From Octopus bimaculoides (lineage: Eukaryota): a stretch of DNA of 40,515 nt. The DNA lies in NCBI RefSeq assembly GCF_001194135.2, contig NC_068984.1:113079432-113119946 (forward strand), given 5' to 3'. The position numbers and the translations under genes were made by a program. The notes beneath the pieces were generated by a model. It saw only the letters and a list, made by a program, of their open reading frames with translations, made no database searches and had not been told where the DNA came from. This document shows, piece after piece, positions 24,535 through 36,125 of this stretch; position 1 is the stretch's first letter; the number at the start of each line of letters is the position of its first letter.

Positions 24535-24879
24535 CATGTTACTCCGTCGCTTACGACGACGAGGGTTCCAGCTGATCCGCTCAACGGAACAGCCTGCTCG
24601 TGAAATTAACGTGCAAGTGGCTGAGCACTCCACAGACACGTGTACCGTTACCGTAGTTCCCGAGGACATTCAGCGTGACACAGAGTACAACAGAAACAGG
24701 AAGAGTGAGAGATAGTTGTGGTGAAAGAGTACAGCAGGGTTCACCACCACCCCCTGCCGGAGCCTCGTGGAGCTTTAGGTGTTTTAGCTCAATAAACACA
24801 GCGCTTGGTTTGGGAATTGAAACCGCGGTCCTATGACCGCGAGTCCGCTGCCCTAACCATTGGGCCTTTGCGCCTCCAC
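24535..24879 (-). mobile_element. tRNA-derived SINE type D with a perfect 12-bp TSD
   Basis: Minus-strand head GTGGAGGCGCAAAGGCCCAATGGTTAGGGCAGCGGAC..GGTTTCAATTCCC (A/B boxes). Flanked by GGAGATCCTAGT at 24523-24534 and 24880-24891. Confidence 0.8.
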
Positions 24880-24908
24880 GGAGATCCTAGTACGCATGAT
24901 AATAAGTA

Positions 24909-25084
24909 TAATCTTTTCTACTATAGGCATAAGGCCTGAAATTTTAAGGGAGGGGGCTAGTCGACCACATCGACTCCAGTGTTTCACTGGTATTTTATTT
25001 ATCGACTCCGAAAGGAGGAAAGACAAAGTCAAATATCGCAGAATTTAAACTCAGAGCATAAAGAGGGATGTAAAGAGGGACGAA

Positions 25085-25121
<37 letters not shown>

Positions 25122-26460
25122 CGATGCAGGCATTTTGCTCGGCGTGCTAACGTTTCTGCCAGCCCATCGCCTTATTAATAGCAATAATAATCTTTTCTGG
25201 TAAAGGCACATGGCTTGAAGTTTTGTGGTAGGGGACTAGTCGATTACATCGTCTCCAGTTCTCAAACGGTACTTAATTTATCGACCTCGAAAGGGTGAAA
25301 GGCAAAGTCGACCTCGGTGAAATTTGAACTTAGAGCACGAGGACGGACGAAATGCCGCTAAGCATTTTGCCCGGCATGCTCACTGCCTCAGTAATAATGA
25401 TAATAATAATCCTTTCTACTAAAGTCACAAGGCCTGCAATTCAATGGGAGTGGGGTGCTAGCCGATTACATCGACCCCAGTGCGTAACTTGTACGTATTT
25501 CAGCGACTCCGAAAGGATGAAAGGCAAAATCGAACGCAACAGAATTTGAACTCAGAACGTAAAGACGGACGAAAAGCCGTTAAGCATTTTGCCCGATATG
25601 CTAACAATTCTGCCAGCTCGGCACGTCAGTAAAATCAATAGTAATGATGATACCTTTAGGCACAAGGCCAGCAATATTAGGGGAGGGCTAAGTTGGTACC
25701 TATTTTTATCAACCCTTGAAGGATGAAAGGTGAAGTCAACCCTGGCGGAATTTGAACGGAATGTAAAGATCCAGTATAAATACCTCAAAGAATTCTGTCA
25801 GTTTACCACTTTAATAATGATTTTAAATGTTTGGCCAGTAATTATTGGGGGAGGGTGTTAGTCGATAACATCGACTCCAGTGATCGACTGGTACTTGTTT
25901 CATCGGCTCCGAACAGAGGAAAGGCAAAGTTGCCCCCGGTGACATCTGCATTCGAAACGCAAAGGCAGCAGAAATGCCTCTAGGCATTTTCTCTGGCGCG
26001 GTAACGATTCTGCCAACTTGCTTCCTTGTTAAAAATCCTTTCCACTATAGGCTCAAGGCCTGAAGTTTTGCAGGAGGGGACATGTCGATTGCGTCGATCC
26101 CCAATGCTCAACTGGTGCTTGTTTCATCGAGCCCGCAAGGATGAAATGCAAATTCAACTTCGCCGGAATTTGAACTCAGAAGTTAAAGACGGACGAAATG
26201 TGCTGCTGAGCGTTTGGTCCGACGCGGTAACGATTCTGCCAGCTCGCCGCCCTAGTGATAATAAATCTTCCTTTCTATTGTAGGCAGGCAGAAGGCTAGA
26301 AACTCTGAAGGGAGGTGGGCAGTCGATTAACTCAACCGCAGTGCTCCACTGGTACTGATTTTATAGACCTGGAAAGGATGAAAGGGAAAAAATCCGCCCC
26401 GTCCGATTTGAACTCAGAATGTAAAGAGCCAGAAGAAATACGCGCTGACGATTCTGCCGG
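24909..26460 (-). mobile_element. Head-to-tail array of seven SINE type A copies
   Basis: Approximate units: 24909-25171, 25187-25387, 25407-25624, 25648-25809, 25812-26025, 26034-26251 and 26270-26460. Each carries the GTCGA..ACATCGAC / ACTGGTACTT / AAAGGATGAAAGGCAAAGTCGAC / ATTTGAACTCAG / TTCTGCCAGCTC motif string, some partly deleted. Short (AAT)-rich linkers separate them. Confidence 0.85.
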
Positions 26461-26624
26461 AGATGGTTGTAGTGGTAGTTCTCTGTTACTGATATGGCGG
26501 TGGATGTAGTAGTGCTTTGCTGGTNNNNNNNNNNNNNNNNNNNNNNNNNNNNNNNNNNNNNNNNNNNNNNNNNNNNNNNNNNNNNNNNNNNNNNNNNNNN
26601 NNNNNNNNNNNNNNNNNNNNNNNN

Positions 26625-26971
26625 TAGATAGATAGATAGATAGATAGATGGATGGATGGATGGATGGATGGAGATAGAGAGAGAGGGGGAAGACAGACAG
26701 AGACACAGGCAAACAGGGAGTGAGAAATAATAACGGATAGACAGAGAGAAAAGGGGGGAAAGAAAGATATATAGATAAAGAGAGGGGATATAGAAGGGAA
26801 AGAGAGACAGACAGACAGACAGAGACAAAGACAGAGACAGAGAGGGAAAGGAAGGAAGGAATGCAGGAAGGAAGGAAGGAAGGAAGGAAGGAAGGAAGGA
26901 AGGAAGGAAGGAAGGAAAAAAGGAATAAATTAAATGAAAGAAAGAAAGAAAGAAAGGAATAAAGAAAGGAA

Positions 26972-27041
<70 letters not shown>

Positions 27042-27157
27042 GATGAGGGAAGTATATGAAAGAGAAAGAAAAGTATATGTAAGAACAGAAATACGAAGAA
27101 GAAGAAAAAAGAATGAAAGGAAGAAGCAAGAACAAAAAGAAAAAAAGAAAGAATGAA
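26625..27157. repeat. Purine-strand compound microsatellite (GATA)(GGAT)(GACA)(GGAA)(GAAA)
   Basis: Directly visible, between two gaps. Confidence 0.9.
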
Positions 27158-28752
27158 NNNNNNNNNNNNNNNNNNNNNNNNNNNNNNNNNNNNNNNNNNN
27201 NNNNNNNNNNNNNNNNNNNNNNNNNNNNNNNNNNNNNNNNNNNNNNNNNNNNNNNNNNNNNNNNNNNNNNNNNNNNNNNNNNNNNNNNNNNNNNNNNNNN
27301 NNNNNNNNNNNNNNNNNNNNNNNNNNNNNNNNNNNNNNNNNNNNNNNNNNNNNNNNNNNNNNNNNNNNNNNNNNNNNNNNNNNNNNNNNNNNNNNNNNNN
27401 NNNNNNNNNNNNNNNNNNNNNNNNNNNNNNNNNNNNNNNNNNNNNNNNNNNNNNNNNNNNNNNNNNNNNNNNNNNNNNNNNNNNNNNNNNNNNNNNNNNN
27501 NNNNNNNNNNNNNNNNNNNNNNNNNNNNNNNNNNNNNNNNNNNNNNNNNNNNNNNNNNNNNNNNNNNNNNNNNNNNNNNNNNNNNNNNNNNNNNNNNNNN
27601 NNNNNNNNNNNNNNNNNNNNNNNNNNNNNNNNNNNNNNNNNNNNNNNNNNNNNNNNNNNNNNNNNNNNNNNNNNNNNNNNNNNNNNNNNNNNNNNNNNNN
27701 NNNNNNNNNNNNNNNNNNNNNNNNNNNNNNNNNNNNNNNNNNNNNNNNNNNNNNNNNNNNNNNNNNNNNNNNNNNNNNNNNNNNNNNNNNNNNNNNNNNN
27801 NNNNNNNNNNNNNNNNNNNNNNNNNNNNNNNNNNNNNNNNNNNNNNNNNNNNNNNNNNNNNNNNNNNNNNNNNNNNNNNNNNNNNNNNNNNNNNNNNNNN
27901 NNNNNNNNNNNNNNNNNNNNNNNNNNNNNNNNNNNNNNNNNNNNNNNNNNNNNNNNNNNNNNNNNNNNNNNNNNNNNNNNNNNNNNNNNNNNNNNNNNNN
28001 NNNNNNNNNNNNNNNNNNNNNNNNNNNNNNNNNNNNNNNNNNNNNNNNNNNNNNNNNNNNNNNNNNNNNNTATATATCTAAATTTTATACGACTGTATTA
28101 TTCTTTCTATTTCTTCATTCTTTCCTTCTTTCTATCAGACCTTTCACACTTCATTCATTCCACTCTTCGTTCTTTCGTTTCCCCTCTCTTACATTCCCTG
28201 CCTTCTCTTCATGCCCACTTTCCCTCATCTTTCAGTTCACTGTGTCTCTTTCATCTTTTTCTCGCTCCTCCTTAATTTGTCTATCCCTCTGCCTCTACCT
28301 CTCTCTCTTCTCTCCTCACGTGACCGGTGTTCGGCCAGATATGACCTTTCTTTCTTGGTTCGACTACCATCCGTGCAACATTTATATTTCTCCCATTGCC
28401 AGTTAAATCTTATGTCCCTGCCGTAAGGCTTTACTTCTACACACGCCAGCTTAATTTAATTCGTCCTTAGTCGAGAGACACATGTTGTTGATGTCCTGTT
28501 TATTGCATTTATATTTCTGTAACATTTCTCTCTTCTTTTCCGTCCTTGTTTTCGTATACATTCGCTGCTTTCTTCCAAGGAATCTAATGCTCTTAGCTTA
28601 GTTTTTCTTTGGGGTTGGCCAGACTCGAGTATAACCAACCGAAATTGCAAAGATAATCTGGAACTCAACTGAGGATAGAAAACTCCGAATGACTCGTCCT
28701 TGTTTTCTTTGTATCGTCTGTCTGGATGTTTTGCGTTCTTGTCCCATTTTTG

Positions 28753-28792
<40 letters not shown>

Positions 28793-28899
28793 GTGCGCGC
28801 GCACACACACGCACACGCAAATATTTAAAACTTACGACACCTGTTTCGGTAGAATTCTTTTGATGTATTCGTAGATTACATCATAACACTACCTGGACT

Positions 28900-29085
28900 G
28901 GATGGTGTGGTGTGTTCTTGTAGCAAAGCACTTCATCCTACGTTGTTCAGCGATCACTCTGACACCCGACATGTGGTACATCATGTACCTGTTCAAGCAA
29001 TGTTGATCTGATGGAGGGAGTGAGCTAATGTACGGTGCACACTTTAATCTCTATAAACAAAGTCATTAATGCAGGTCGTTCAGCA
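28900..29085 (+). mobile_element. Headless SINE fragment related to type C
   Basis: GTGTTCTTG.AGCAAAGCACTT...ACGTTG.TC resembles 34281-34320. Confidence 0.4.
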
Positions 29086-29121
29086 AGATATTGCAGAACC
29101 GTCTTTCTCAGACTACGATAA

Positions 29122-29545
29122 CCTAAAATCAACATCAGATCTACTGGTTACCTATTCTCCTCCATCACTCACCAATGGGATTCTTACATTAAAAAAGTTG
29201 TTAAAAGCTATGTTATTGCCCTCGGCGTTAGGAAAGCTTTCGATTGCATCTGGTATGAGAATCTTCTTTCAAATCATCTCACTTGTGGGCTTCGCCTATC
29301 TCTCATCTCTTGGAACCGTAGCTTCCTCTCAGACTACACTATCGCTTCATGCATTAACGGAACTCTTTCTGTCCATCATCGTATCAAATCAGACATGTAC
29401 CAGGTTTCGGTTTTTCCCTCCAGTCTCTTCCTTCTATCCAACAATAACCTACTTGTCACGATGCCCAATTAATGCCGCTCCTACACTCATGACTACCACA
29501 ATCATTCCCAACTATATTTAAATCCACTCACAACTTGGTCATCAA
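29122..29545 (+). pseudogene. CR1/L2-type LINE reverse transcriptase fragment (decayed)
   Basis: Frame starting at 29137, not the ORF-track frame: RSTGYLFSSITHQW...SYVIALGVRKAFDCIWYENLLS...SLISWNRSFLSD...INGTLS.HHRIKSDMYQVSVFPSSLFLL..NNLL..N*CRSYTHD. This corresponds to decayed ALDISKAFD, GVPQGSVL.P.LF and YADD motifs. Confidence 0.85.
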
Positions 29546-29595
29546 ACCAACGCGAAGTCTATTTTACGTATTGGCTCTAAATATGTAGGAATATA

Positions 29596-30126
29596 CAGTA
29601 CCGGACCAACTATCCGACAAGCTTGGGACGGAGATGTTCCGGATTTCTGGAATTTTCGGTTTTCTGAAGACAATCCATATATATATATATANNNNNNNNN
29701 NNNNNNNNNNNNNNATATATATACTATAAACTATGAAAAGTGCAGAGTTGGATTATATTTAACTGATTCAGATTTATACATTTCTAAAGAAGGGTGTGTT
29801 TGATATTTATCAATCCACTTGAAATTCTTAAAATATCTCAAACTGTACTTATAAGATGAAAATTAAATGAAGTAAATATAGTAAAGACCATTATTTTATT
29901 TAACAAATACAGGTACAAATTAATTCAATTCTAAAGTAGATCATGTTTAATTTATATATATACACGCTTAATGCAAATTAAACAACTTCAAAAATAGGGT
30001 CTCATTCGTCAATATAAGGTACAGTGCATATATTGCAAGGCAGCGCATAATATTCCTGGATTTCTGGAAATTCATGCTTTCTGGAAATTCCCGATTTCTG
30101 AAAGCCTGATAAGAGGTCTGGTGCTG
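29596..30126. mobile_element. Tc1/mariner (pogo/Tigger-like) MITE, degenerate
   Basis: TA|CAGTACCGGACC..TATC at left and GATAAGAGGTCTGGTGCTG|TA at right give an imperfect ~21-bp TIR with TA on both sides. TTTCTGGAA(A)TT repeats lie in both subterminal regions. Confidence 0.55.
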
Positions 30127-30244
30127 TATTACATGTTGGATTTATATCTATGTGTTTGAGTATAAGAGTTTATATATTTTGACAAGATCAAGTCTGACTG
30201 ATTTTAGTGACCCGTTGAAGTCATATTAGTACTGCTGTTGCTCT

Positions 30245-30478
30245 ACCCAAGTTAGCCCTCTGAGGACGGACCTATTATCAGGGACATTATAATCATATTG
30301 TGCAGGTACGTAGCCGCGTGTTTAGTGTATTTCAAAGACAATGTACTGCCTGGTCTAGGAATCGAACCCAAAACCTTATGATACTCAGCGAAATACACTA
30401 AACACGCGGCTACGTGCCTGCACAATATGTTTATAACATCATTGATAATAGGTTCGTCCGGTGAGGGCTAACTTGGGT
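30245..30478. repeat. Fold-back inverted repeat, 89-bp arms, 56-bp spacer
   Basis: 30245-30333 versus the reverse complement of 30390-30478: 79/89 identical, ungapped (hand count). Confidence 0.9.
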
Positions 30479-31544
30479 TAAGCAAGACATTTCATTGCAC
30501 ACTCCTCCAGTCCACTCGACTAAAATTACAGCTCTTTTATCCACAAGTTGTCAAATCCTTGATGTTTCACTTGGTGAAAGGTGAGAGGACTGATAATCAC
30601 CTTATATCTGTTCACTACTACATAGGCACCGAAAATGTATTGGTGAAACCATGATACATGGTGCACGCTATCAAGTCATATTCGCTTGCCACTGCCGGTC
30701 GTAATTTTAGAAGCATAGTGTATTTCGGTCTACATTACCCAATATACCCTTACTTTCTGATGATAGTAGAGTGTAGTCTGAGGAAGATTTTGGCTGCTAT
30801 ATCTAGAGAAAGTTGAGCATTTATAGAGTTTTCCTTTGTATGTAACTGCAACAACAGGACTACCCAGGATGCTAATTTGATGAAATTGTATAGATTAGAT
30901 TTCCTATTACTCCACTTCATTTTTTTTTCGGGAAAGAAAAGAAGAAATTCCATTCTCTCTATCTTTCTATTTTCATTTTTAAAATACTTTTCATTCATTT
31001 ATTTCGTTTATTTATTGATAATAATTCTTTAAATTTTAATATTTTCGAAAATGTTCGAGCACTTGATATTTGGAAGTGTATGAGAATGTAACAGCTGCTG
31101 GCATTTTGAAAAACACAAAAACAATTTCATGAACAGAGTCTACGACTTCATCACAACAAATTTACAAATAACGTTGCTGTTATTAAGGAAAATGGAATAA
31201 TGAAACCAGGAGAATATGGTTACTTTCACACCTGTTTTGCGTAACAAAACCAAAGAAAACTTTAAAATGTGTCCAACATGAATCGTCTACGATGCAAAGT
31301 GACAATGGTTAAAAATGTTAAAATGCAACTGTATTGGTTCGTGTCTTGTCATCGACAATGCTTTGCCTCATTAGACAACAGAACAAACTTTTCCTAAACT
31401 AAACAATAATCACAAAAATTGATTCATCAGGAATTTTAGCAATGAAATTACGTTGCTGTTATGTTTATGAGGAGGAGAAATATTTAATGCTTTCAGGAAA
31501 ATCCTAGTTTATTTTTTTGATAAATCATAATGGTTTGATTTTTG

Positions 31545-31710
31545 ATTAAGGGCTGCAATTTTGAGGGGAGGGCTTGATCGATACTGTTGATCCCAGTACT
31601 TGGTAGAGAAAAACAAACTCGACCTCAGCGCATTTGAATCCAGAGCATAAAGAACCGGAAAAAATATAGCAGTTTTTTGACGCCCTAACAATTCCGCCAG
31701 CTCGTCGCCC
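31545..31710 (-). mobile_element. Degenerate SINE type A
   Basis: CTCGACCTCAGCGCATTTGAATCCAGAGC..CTAACAATTCCGCCAGCTCGTCGCC. Confidence 0.65.
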
Positions 31711-31789
31711 TATTTATGACAAATCATAATGATTTATCATAATGGTTAATCATGAATATCTCCCGCTGGGACCAACGTTTCTTTTAAAG

Positions 31790-31947
31790 GTGGATAGCCG
31801 ACAGAATTGTTAGCTAGTCGGACAAAATACTTAGCGGCATTTCTTCCGGTTCTTTTAGTTCTGAGTTGATATTCCGCTGAAGTCGATTTGCCTTTCAACG
31901 TTTTGGGGTCGATAAAATAAGTAGCAGTCGAGTACTGGGGCTGATGC

Positions 31948-31993
<46 letters not shown>

Positions 31994-32485
31994 GGAAGCC
32001 TGCTTCATATTGTTTGTATAATTTACGCTGTTTTGAAAGCGGTAAGCGGACAGAATTGTTGTCAAGCTGTGCAAAATGCTTAGCAGCATTTCATCCGTCT
32101 TTACGTTCTGAGATTAAGTTCTGCCGTAGACGACTTTGCCTTTGATTGATAAAATAATTACCAGCCAATTATTGGGGTCGATGTGATTGACTACCCACTT
32201 CCCTCAAGAAACTGCTGACACTGTTCAAAGAACTTGAAACAATTATTTACATTGTTATGAGGCAGTGTGCTGCTTTATAGACTCATTAACACGCCGGACA
32301 AAATGCTTAGCGGCATTTCGTCCATCTTTCCTATCTGGGTTCATATCCAGCAGAGGTTGACTTTGCTTTACATCCTTCCAGAGTCGATAAAAATAAATAC
32401 TAGTTGAGCACTGGAGTCGATGTATTCGGTAACCCCTTCGTTTCCACCAAATTTCATGCCTTGTATCTATAGCAGAAAGGATTGT
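31790..32485 (+). mobile_element. Three degenerate plus-strand SINE type A copies (~31790-31947, ~32040-32225, ~32290-32485)
   Basis: Each has AAATGCTTAGC.GCATTTC..TTCTGAG..GACTTTGC..GTCGATAAAA..ACTGGGGTCGATG-like motifs. Confidence 0.7.
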
Positions 32486-32540
32486 CGACGCAGTTAATTT
32501 TACTGATTATTGTCCCGTTATTTTATCATTTTGGTTTTTA

Positions 32541-32757
32541 CAAGGAGATGCTGAAAAGTTCCTGACTAGGGGTAAAAGAAAATACTGGAAGATCAGTTAA
32601 TTAATGTTTTTATTGAACATATTCCTCTCTTAGATTCACACACTTACTGCAGCAGTCCTTCAGTTTTCTAACCCCTGCAAAAGAACTCGGAAGGTTTGGC
32701 GTCGAATCAGGCCTTTTGCGCTACTCTTAAAACCGGGAACGTTTCAGCATCTCCTTG
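32541..32757. mobile_element. 217-bp mariner-type MITE with TA TSD
   Basis: TA|CAAGGAGATGCTGAAAAGTTCC ... GGAACGTTTCAGCATCTCCTTG|TA: 22-bp TIR with one mismatch. Confidence 0.9.
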
Positions 32758-33488
32758 TATATTTTAGCCTAATGGGAGAGAGGAAGAGGGTATTACTAAA
32801 TCGAAAAGCTAAGCTGTATCCTGGCAACAGAATAAATTTGAACTCAGAACATAAAGCGCCACGCCGGAGCAAATACCACAGGGCATCCGGTTAGATATTC
32901 CTACTTTTCCAGTAATTCACCGTTTTGGATTGACACCATTTTATAGATCCTCGAATGTATTAAAAGCAAAGATGACCTCGACGGAAGTGAACTCAGAACC
33001 TAACGAATCAGAACAAACATGTCGAAGTGTTCTGCCCGACGCTCTAACGCCTCTGCCACTTCGCTGCTGATGTATTGGTTCTTTTTGTTATTGTTTTGTT
33101 TTTTTATATTTGTGTTTACTTTTCTTCTTCCAGTGAAGAAGCAAGACAACCATCACCGTCTTAAGAAATATTTCCCGCTATCAGCATTGTAACGGCTGTT
33201 TAGCGGCTATACTGAAGAAACAATGCTACTAACATTAATGCAGAAACAAATAATATATAATAAATAATAAGTAATAAATAATGAATAAAAATATTGTTGC
33301 TTTAAATGAAAAATGATGCATAACAATTCTCTTTCGATTTCTAAGAATTAAAAGAAAACTCAATGAATTTGAAATTATGTTGGAAAAAATACAAAATAGA
33401 CAAAACAATAAAGAAATCCCACAGAACAAATCCAACATCAAAATACGTCAAAGAATTTTAGATTAAATAACAATAAGAGGGAAAATTC

Positions 33489-33670
33489 ATTCTATTTTGG
33501 CACAAGGCCAAAATTTTGAGGGGAGGGGTAAGTCGATTACATGCACCTCAGTGTTCAACTGGTACTTATTTTATCAACCTCGAAGGGATGAAAGGCAAGT
33601 CGATCTCAATGGAATTTGAACCCAGAATGCGAAAGTGGATGGAGCGTGGCTAAGCATTTGTTCAACATCG
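33489..33670 (-). mobile_element. SINE type A (head truncated)
   Basis: GGCACAAGGCC.AAATTTTG..AGTCGATTACAT..CAACTGGTACTTATTTTATC..GGATGAAAGGCAAGTCGA..GGAATTTGAAC. Confidence 0.75.
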
Positions 33671-33802
33671 CCATTCATTGCTCCAAGGTCGATGAAATAA
33701 AGTACCAGTCTAGTACTGGGGTTGATGGTATTGAATTACCTCTTTCTTAAAAATTAATAACTTTGTGCCTAAATTATTAACCATTATTGTAGAGAAGAAA
33801 AA

Positions 33803-34020
33803 GGCGGCGAGCTGGCAGAATCGTTAGGTGGACCAAATGCTTAGCGGTATTTCGTCCGTCGCTACGTTCTGAGTTCAAATTCCTCCGAGGTTGACTTTGC
33901 CTTTCATCGTTTCGGGGTCGATAAATTAAGTACCACTGAAACACTGGGGTCGATGTAATCGACTTAATCCTTTCCCCCAAAATTTGAAGCCTTGTGCTTC
34001 CAGTAGAAAGGATTATTATA
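33803..34020 (+). mobile_element. Full-length tRNA-derived SINE type A (reference copy)
   Basis: Starts GGCGGCGAGCTGGCAGAATCGTTAG (A-box-like); B box GAGTTCAAATTCC; tail CCTTGTGCTTCCAGTAGAAAGGATTATTA. Confidence 0.9.
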
Positions 34021-34198
34021 GACAAGAAATATTTCGTTTGACCCTTTAAGTTCTGAGTTCAAATCACGCCGAGGTCCACTTCGCCTTTGATTCTCCTGGG
34101 ATCGATAAAATAAAGTACCAGTCAAATACTTGGATCAATGTAATCGACTAGCTCTCCACTCTAAATTCAGATCATGCACCGATACCTATATTATATAT

Positions 34199-34505
34199 GT
34201 GAAGGCGCTTAGCTCAGTGGTTAGCGCGTCGGATTTACAATCGGGAGATTGCGACTTTGATTCCCGAACCGGGCTGTGTATTGTGTTCTTGAGCAAACAC
34301 TTTATTTTCACGTTGCTCCAGTTCACTCATCTGTAGAGATGAGATGCGATGTCACTGGTCTAAGCTGTATCGGCCTTTTCCTTGGACAACGTTGGTGGCG
34401 TAGAGAGAGGACACTGGGCATGCATGGGCGACTGCTAGTCTTTGCTTTCGTGAAAAATTTTATAGGTCAATCCCAAATTCCTTCGTGACTGAAGGGCGTC
34501 TTTAC
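34199..34505 (+). mobile_element. tRNA-derived SINE type C with CORE/V-like central segment
   Basis: GTGAAGGCGCTTAGCTCAGTGGTTAGCGCGTCGGA (A box), degenerate B box, then TGTGTTCTTGAGCAAACACTT..GCTCCAGTTCACTCATCTGTAG. The head resembles type D. Confidence 0.65.
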
Positions 34506-35279
34506 ATTTTTTAACCTATTTGAAAAACAATTATTATTCTCGATCTTTTGTTCGAAACTATTATACGTATAACACTCAAACAAATAATAAAAGCAATATG
34601 TTTATTTACGCCAAACTTCGTAACTACTTTTAGAGGATAGAATGAAGTTTTCTTCTACTTTATATTCATTAGAATCAATACATTTTAATCTTTGTTGATA
34701 TCATTCAGTATGTATTCATAGAATCACTAATTGGCAAGTACGAAAGAATGCAGAATTATGCATTTTGTAATATCGAATTTCTTTCTCCCACGTTATGGGT
34801 TCAAATAACACCTGAAAGAAGTCCTTAAATTAACTATTTGTAAACACACACAGATCAGTTCAAGGAACCATACACTTATTTTCACTATATAATTTGGCGT
34901 TCTGCCTTGTCGGAAAAAAAAATGGTCTATATAAATATGCAGAAACTAGAAAGAAAAAAAAAACAACGGGATGGAAGTGGGTGTTAAAAGCACATATTCT
35001 TGAGATGAACTGAAACAAAATGTGTGGTAAGCCAACGGAATCAACTGAAAACAAAACCAATATTTTTGGTTGGTGGCGTTCATGAAAGTGACGGTGGCGT
35101 CGAGGTTTTTCTTCTTTTTTTGAGGGAGAGGAAGTATATGGTTCCTTGAACTGATCTCAGTGTGTTACTGATAGTTAATTTAAGGATTTCTTTCTGCTAT
35201 TATTTGAACTCAAAAACGTAGGAGAAAGGAATTTGAGAAAGGAATTTGATAGTGTGAAAAGCGTAATCTAGCATTTTGG

Positions 35280-36084
35280 GCTGGTGGTGATGATGATGAT
35301 GATGGCAGTGGTGGTGGTGGTGGTGGCAGTACTGGTGGTGTTAGTAGTGATGTTGGTGTGGTGTGGTAGTGACGCTGACGGTGAGTGGTAATAGTGGCGG
35401 TGGCAGTTTGTTACTCGATGGCAGAGATCATTGGTTGTAATAATAACAATGATGACGATGATAGTGATAATGATGNNNNNNNNNNNNNNNNNNNNNNNNN
35501 NNNNNNNNNNNNNNNNNNNNNNNNNNNNNNNNNNNNNNNNNNNNNNNNNNNNNNNNNNNNNNNNNNNNNNNNNNNNNNNNNNNNNNNNNNNNNNNNNNNN
35601 NNNNNNNNNNNNNNNNNNNNNNNNNNNNNNNNNNNNNNNNNNNNNNNNNNNNNNNNNNNNNNNNNNNNNNNNNNNNNNNNNNNNNNNNNNNNNNNNNNNN
35701 NNNNNNNNNNNNNNNNNNNNNNNNNNNNNNNNNNNNNNNNNNNNNNNNNNNNNNNNNNNNNNNNNNNNNNNNNNNNNNNNNNNNNNNNNNNNNNNNNNNN
35801 NNNNNNNNNNNNNNNNNNNNNNNNNNNNNNNNNNNNNNNNNNNNNNNNNNNNNNNNNNNNNNNNNNNNNNNNNNNNNNNNNNNNNNNNNNNNNNNNNNNN
35901 NNNNNNNNNNNNNNNNNNNNNNNNNNNNNNNNNNNNNNGTGGCGGTAGCGGCGGTGGCGGTAGCGGCGGTGGCGGTAGCGGCGGCGGCGGTGGTGGTAGG
36001 GGTGGCAGCGGTGAAGGTGGCGATGGTGGAGATGATGATAATGATGAAGATGCTGTTGCCGACTATCCTCTTGCTGCTGCTGAC

Positions 36085-36118
<34 letters not shown>

Positions 36119-36125
36119 GTGATAA
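35280..36125. repeat. (GGT)/(GAT)/(GGC) low-complexity block spanning a gap
   Basis: Directly visible. Confidence 0.9.

Noticed and set aside
24909-26460. Repeat-spacer pattern superficially like a CRISPR array
   Set aside because: The repeats are ~200-bp degenerate tRNA-derived SINEs in a eukaryotic context, with no cas genes and no constant short repeat.
26625-27157. Purine tract as functional H-DNA, and (GGT)n blocks as G-quadruplex regulators
   Set aside because: Structure potential follows trivially from the repeats, and nothing indicates function beyond the ubiquitous microsatellite background.
28660-28702. Hammerhead-like core CTGAGGA...CGAAT...GTC
   Set aside because: GAAA is broken (GAAT), and stems I and II do not pair properly in this copy. 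It cannot be supported without a family consensus and an Infernal search.
29069-29521. 150-aa ORF from the track
   Set aside because: It is an alternative frame over the decayed CR1/L2 RT; the homologous frame starts at 29137.
34199-34280. tRNA-like sequence (GGCGCTTAGCTCAGTGGTTAGCGCG...)
   Set aside because: The B box is degenerate, there is no proper acceptor stem, and it continues into a SINE body. It is a SINE head, not a tRNA gene.
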